Assembly (NCBI GenBank): GCA_964514965.1
Contig: CAZETV010000001.1
Coordinates: forward strand, 753,063 to 785,062
From: Candidatus Hadarchaeota archaeon
GTDB taxonomy: Archaea; Hadarchaeota; Hadarchaeia; Hadarchaeales; Hadarchaeaceae
DNA: 32,000 nt
Direction of reading: 5' to 3'
Shown here: positions 28,771-32,000 of the stretch, one piece after another
How positions within the stretch are numbered: position 1 is the stretch's first letter
Layout: every line of letters starts with the position of its first letter
Notes under the pieces: generated by a model
Seen by the model: the letters and a program-made list of their open reading frames with translations, nothing else
The model's database searches: none
What the model was told of the DNA's origin: nothing
Program-made: the position numbers and the translations under genes

Positions 28771-29853
28771 CTAACTATTCTCCTTTAGCATCCCCACAAA
28801 ATTATCGAAGAGATACTGGTTGTCCCATTCGGGGTAGTATTGAATCGAGATAATTGGAAGCTCAACATGGCTCATGCCTTCGACGGTTTTATCGTTACAA
28901 TTCACTTTAGTAATTTGAAAGCCAGTCCCCTCAAGAGAATCGGCATCCACGGCGAAACCGTGATTTTGAGAGGTTATATGCACCTTGCCGGTTCTCAAAT
29001 CCTTAACCGGCTGGTTCCCTCCCCTGTGCCCAAACTTCAACTTGAAAATCTTGGCGCCTGAGGCCAGAGCTAAGATTTGGTGACCAAGACTGATGCCCAT
29101 AATTGGATATTGAGAAAGCAACTTTCGAACTGTCCCTCGAACGTGACTTAATATGGCTGGGTCTCCTGGTCCGTTTGAGATGACGACTCCATCGGGCTCA
29201 AGAAATTTAATTTCCTCAGAAGTCGTGCTTGCGGGAACGCATGTTACCGAAACCCCGCGCTTGAGCAAGCTTCGAATGATACTGCGCTTGACGCCGCAGT
29301 CAATCAAGACCACTTTGAGTTTGTCACCACCGTCAAATTCTCCAACTTGCTTACAAGTGGTTTCGCTAACGAGATCTAGCTCAGAAAAGCCGAGCTGCTT
29401 CTTAACCTTTTCAAGCAACTCCGCAGCTGGGGGGTCCACACCGGTGTAGGTTACAATCATTCCCTTCTTCACTCCATACTCTCGAATCTTGATGGTGAGC
29501 GAGCGAGTATCCACGCCCATCATACCTGGTATGTTAAACTCTTTCAAAAATGCGTCAAGAGTTTTGGCACCTTTCCAGTGAGACGGGTTCTCGCAAACTT
29601 CTCTGACGATGAATCCTTCTGCCCAAATTCTATCGGATTCACACCAATCCGGATGTACCTTGTAATTTCCTACCAAGGGATATGTTAACATCAAAATTTG
29701 GCCTTTATAAGAGGGGTCTGTTAACGATTCAACGTAACCGCTCATCGAAGTGTTAAAAACTACTTCACCCGATGCTTCTTTTTCGGCACCAAATCCCGCA
29801 CCGTAAATTATTGTACCGTCTTCCAGAGCGAGCACTGCTTTTGTTCTTTTCAA
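28771..29853 (-). CDS. carA: Carbamoyl-phosphate synthase small subunit with a substituted catalytic triad (Cys->Ser, His->Tyr)
   Basis: Aligns to CarA along its full length (VVFNTSMSGY, SNGPGDP, FGHRGGNQPV, QNHGFAV). However, it reads GISLGHQ (AGT codon at 29089-29091) and QYYPEW (TAC at 28834-28836) where GICLGHQ and GHPE are expected. Confidence 0.9.
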   Translation of the reverse strand: MKRTKAVLALEDGTIIYGAGFGAEKEASGEVVFNTSMSGYVESLTDPSYKGQILMLTYPLVGNYKVHPDWCESDRIWAEGFIVREVCENPSHWKGAKTLDAFLKEFNIPGMMGVDTRSLTIKIREYGVKKGMIVTYTGVDPPAAELLEKVKKQLGFSELDLVSETTCKQVGEFDGGDKLKVVLIDCGVKRSIIRSLLKRGVSVTCVPASTTSEEIKFLEPDGVVISNGPGDPAILSHVRGTVRKLLSQYPIMGISLGHQILALASGAKIFKLKFGHRGGNQPVKDLRTGKVHITSQNHGFAVDADSLEGTGFQITKVNCNDKTVEGMSHVELPIISIQYYPEWDNQYLFDNFVGMLKENS

Positions 29854-29919
29854 GAACCCACCTCAATTTCCTACCAACCCAGTATTTAAAGTTTTAACTG
29901 ATTGGTGTTACGCCAACTT

Positions 29920-31272
29920 TTATCCGGTTAGACTTTGGATTGGGGAAGGTATTCTCCCGCCCCTCGATACAAATTTTGATGAACTAAATTTGCCCACCTT
30001 CATCACCGGCGCTCTCCCTAACAGCCCCCCTAATTCTACCCATTCTCCCTCTTTTCCCATCGGGATTATCCTTACACCGGTTGCCTTATCGTTCGCGACG
30101 CCTATCGCGCATTCGTCCGCGATGACCGCGGCGATAGTTTCCGATGGTGTCTTGCTTGGCACCACTATCATGTCCAAACCAACTGAACAGACCGAAGTCA
30201 TCGCCTCTAACTTATCTAAACTCATGGCGCCCTCAGCCACCGCTTCAGCCATGTCCTTGTCTTCGCTGACGGGGATGAATGCCCCAGATAAGCCACCCAC
30301 ATATGAGGTCGCCATCACTCCCCCCTTCTTCACGGCATCCGTAAGAATGGCAAGCGCTGCAGTACTGCCATGAGTTCCACATTTTTCCACCCCCATGGCT
30401 TCAATTATTCCCGCGACCGAATCGCCTTCAAAAGGAGTTGGGGCCAACGATAAGTCAATAATCCCGAATTTAACGTTCAACCTTCTCGCCATTTCCCGCC
30501 CGACTAGCTCTCCAACCCTCGTTATCTTAAATGCAGTTTGCTTGATTTTCTCGGCCAGCTCTCCGAAATCAGCATCACTAAGCTTTTCTACTACAGCTCT
30601 AATGACGCCGGGGCCTGAAATTCCAACGTTGACGCTGTTCTCTGCCTCTCCAACACCGTGAAAGGCCCCTGCCATGAACGGATTATCAGGAGGGGCATTC
30701 GCGAAGGTAACAAGTTTGGCACAGCTCAATGGATTAATTGATGCGCATTCCTTCACCGCCTTTCCCATCCTAAGCACGGCGTCCATGTTGATTCCACTTT
30801 TAGTAGTTGCGACGTTTACAGAGGAACATAATCGCTTGGTTTTGTTCAGCACCTTCGGGATGGAATCAATCAAGAGCTCGTCTCCCTTGGTGAACCCTTT
30901 GTGCACTAGAGCGGAGTACCCTCCAATATAGTCCACTTTCAATTTTTCGGCAGCCACGTCCACACATTTCGCCAATTTCACGCAAGTACTCTCTTTTTTG
31001 GTGTTCAATGCGTCCAACAAGGAAGCTAGGGGAGTAACAGCAATCCTTTTATTGACAATCGGCAGCCCATATTTCATCTCCACTTCCTTTGCTTCTTTGA
31101 CGAGGTCACAGCCTACCGAGGTGATTTTTTTGTAGACCTTTTTGCACATTCGGTCGATATTCGGATCAATACATCCACCAAGATTTATCCCCAAGGTAAC
31201 TGTTCGAATGTCCAGCCGTTCAAAATTAATCATCTTTATCGTTTCGGCTATCTCTTCCTTGGAAAACTGCAT
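29920..31272 (-). CDS. UPF0210 / DUF711 family protein, function unknown
   Basis: 450 aa. I recognise the N-terminus ([20 protein letters not shown]) as UPF0210. This family is typically paired with a small ACT protein. Confidence 0.75.
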   Translation of the reverse strand: MQFSKEEIAETIKMINFERLDIRTVTLGINLGGCIDPNIDRMCKKVYKKITSVGCDLVKEAKEVEMKYGLPIVNKRIAVTPLASLLDALNTKKESTCVKLAKCVDVAAEKLKVDYIGGYSALVHKGFTKGDELLIDSIPKVLNKTKRLCSSVNVATTKSGINMDAVLRMGKAVKECASINPLSCAKLVTFANAPPDNPFMAGAFHGVGEAENSVNVGISGPGVIRAVVEKLSDADFGELAEKIKQTAFKITRVGELVGREMARRLNVKFGIIDLSLAPTPFEGDSVAGIIEAMGVEKCGTHGSTAALAILTDAVKKGGVMATSYVGGLSGAFIPVSEDKDMAEAVAEGAMSLDKLEAMTSVCSVGLDMIVVPSKTPSETIAAVIADECAIGVANDKATGVRIIPMGKEGEWVELGGLLGRAPVMKVGKFSSSKFVSRGGRIPSPIQSLTG

Positions 31273-31275
31273 GAC

Positions 31276-31548
31276 CTACACCCTGTGCATGTATTTGAAA
31301 AGCCCTTCGTGCTGCATTATAATCTTAACTTTCTGTTTAGCAGCAACCCTATCTAGCACCTTTTGAACCTCGCTTCTCTTGACCTCACTTACGTCCACGA
31401 GCATAATCATGGTGAAGAACTCTTGCAAAATAGTTTGACTTATGTCCTCGATATTGACCTTTAACTTAGCCAACTCCGTTGTGACAGCAGCTACTATACC
31501 AGGGTGGTCAACCCCCGTAACTGTAATCACGGCTCGCTCCTTCGTCAC
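31276..31548 (-). CDS. ACT-domain protein (UPF0237-like)
   Basis: 90 aa with AVITVTGVDHPGIVAAVTTELAKLKVNIEDISQT. GTG start after GGGGA. Its TAG stop is 3 nt before the UPF0210 ATG. Confidence 0.8.
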   Translation of the reverse strand: MTKERAVITVTGVDHPGIVAAVTTELAKLKVNIEDISQTILQEFFTMIMLVDVSEVKRSEVQKVLDRVAAKQKVKIIMQHEGLFKYMHRV

Positions 31549-31620
31549 AAATCCCCATTTTTAAAGTTTACATTAATTAGTTAATAAATGTAATAATTTG
31601 TTGTAGTTTAGCGGTAGTGA
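31549..31620. promoter_or_regulatory. AT-rich divergent promoter region between the ACT gene and purC
   Basis: 72 nt of very AT-rich sequence (TTTAAAGTTTACATTAATTAGTTAATAAATGTAATAATTTG) containing several TATA-like elements. Confidence 0.4.
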
Positions 31621-31623
31621 GGG

Positions 31624-32000
31624 ATAAAAACGGGAAGTGTAAAAGATCTGGAAATTATAAGCCAGCCAGCCGGCAATAAAATGGGAGTCGGCAGATTTCA
31701 CTTTTCTGACCGCTACTCCGTGTTCGACTGGGGAGAAATGCCAGACCACCTCATCAACAAGGGAGCTGCGTTATGCATGATGGGCGCTTACTGTTTCGAG
31801 AAATCGGAGGAAAACGGGATAAAAACCCATTATAGGGGTGTAGTAGGGCGAGATGGGAAAGTTGTCAGAGCCGACGAACTGCGCGAACCTACTGATACAA
31901 TGGAAATAAATTTAGTCCGAGTAATTCGCCCGAAAAAAGGGAGCGGAACCAATTATGATTATAGCGCCTTTAAACATGCCTTTGTAAATTTTTTGATACC
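31624..32000 (+). CDS. purC: SAICAR synthase, partial; the 3' end runs off the window and the start codon is unresolved
   Basis: My translation is (G)IKTGSVKDLEIISQPAGNKMGVGRFHFSDRYSVFDWGEMPDHLINKGAALCMMGAYCFEKSEENGIKTHY. This is a PurC family sequence. The in-frame TGA at 31618-31620 leaves only GGG ATA AAA ACG before the conserved GSVKD loop. Confidence 0.8.
   Translation, partial: MKTGSVKDLEIISQPAGNKMGVGRFHFSDRYSVFDWGEMPDHLINKGAALCMMGAYCFEKSEENGIKTHYRGVVGRDGKVVRADELREPTDTMEINLVRVIRPKKGSGTNYDYSAFKHAFVNFLI

Overview
The window looks like a prokaryotic, most likely archaeal, chromosome segment. Supporting signs are a split GMP synthase, purS/purQ/purL, pyrK/pyrD, AT-rich TATA-like intergenic regions, oligo-T tracts at convergent gene ends, and Shine-Dalgarno (SD)-coupled operons. 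It is dominated by one dense cluster holding essentially the whole de novo purine pathway (purF-like, D, N, L/Q/S, M, E, C, B, H) and the whole pyrimidine pathway (carAB, pyrB/I, C, D/K, E, F), plus folD and guaA subunit B. A CBS / cation-proton antiporter / M28 peptidase operon sits at the left edge. I found no tRNA, rRNA, CRISPR array or mobile element. The most unusual signal lies inside the housekeeping genes. Two glutamine-amidotransferase modules have lost their catalytic nucleophile. CarA reads GISLGHQ and YPE where GICLGHQ and HPE are expected. The PurF-like gene starts MSGIFG instead of MCGIFG, has other degenerate glutaminase residues, and carries an in-frame TAG at codon 50. guaA subunit B is not next to a glutaminase subunit; it follows a divergent Fe-S/FMN glutamate-synthase-domain protein. 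Together these suggest glutamine-independent (ammonia-based) nitrogen entry into nucleotide synthesis. Other genes of unknown role in the cluster are an ACT + UPF0210 pair upstream of carAB and a small zinc-ribbon ORF. Smaller oddities are a purC with no canonical start codon, recurrent TAGGGG-N5-ATG gene junctions, and a tandem duplication of the purF-like start.
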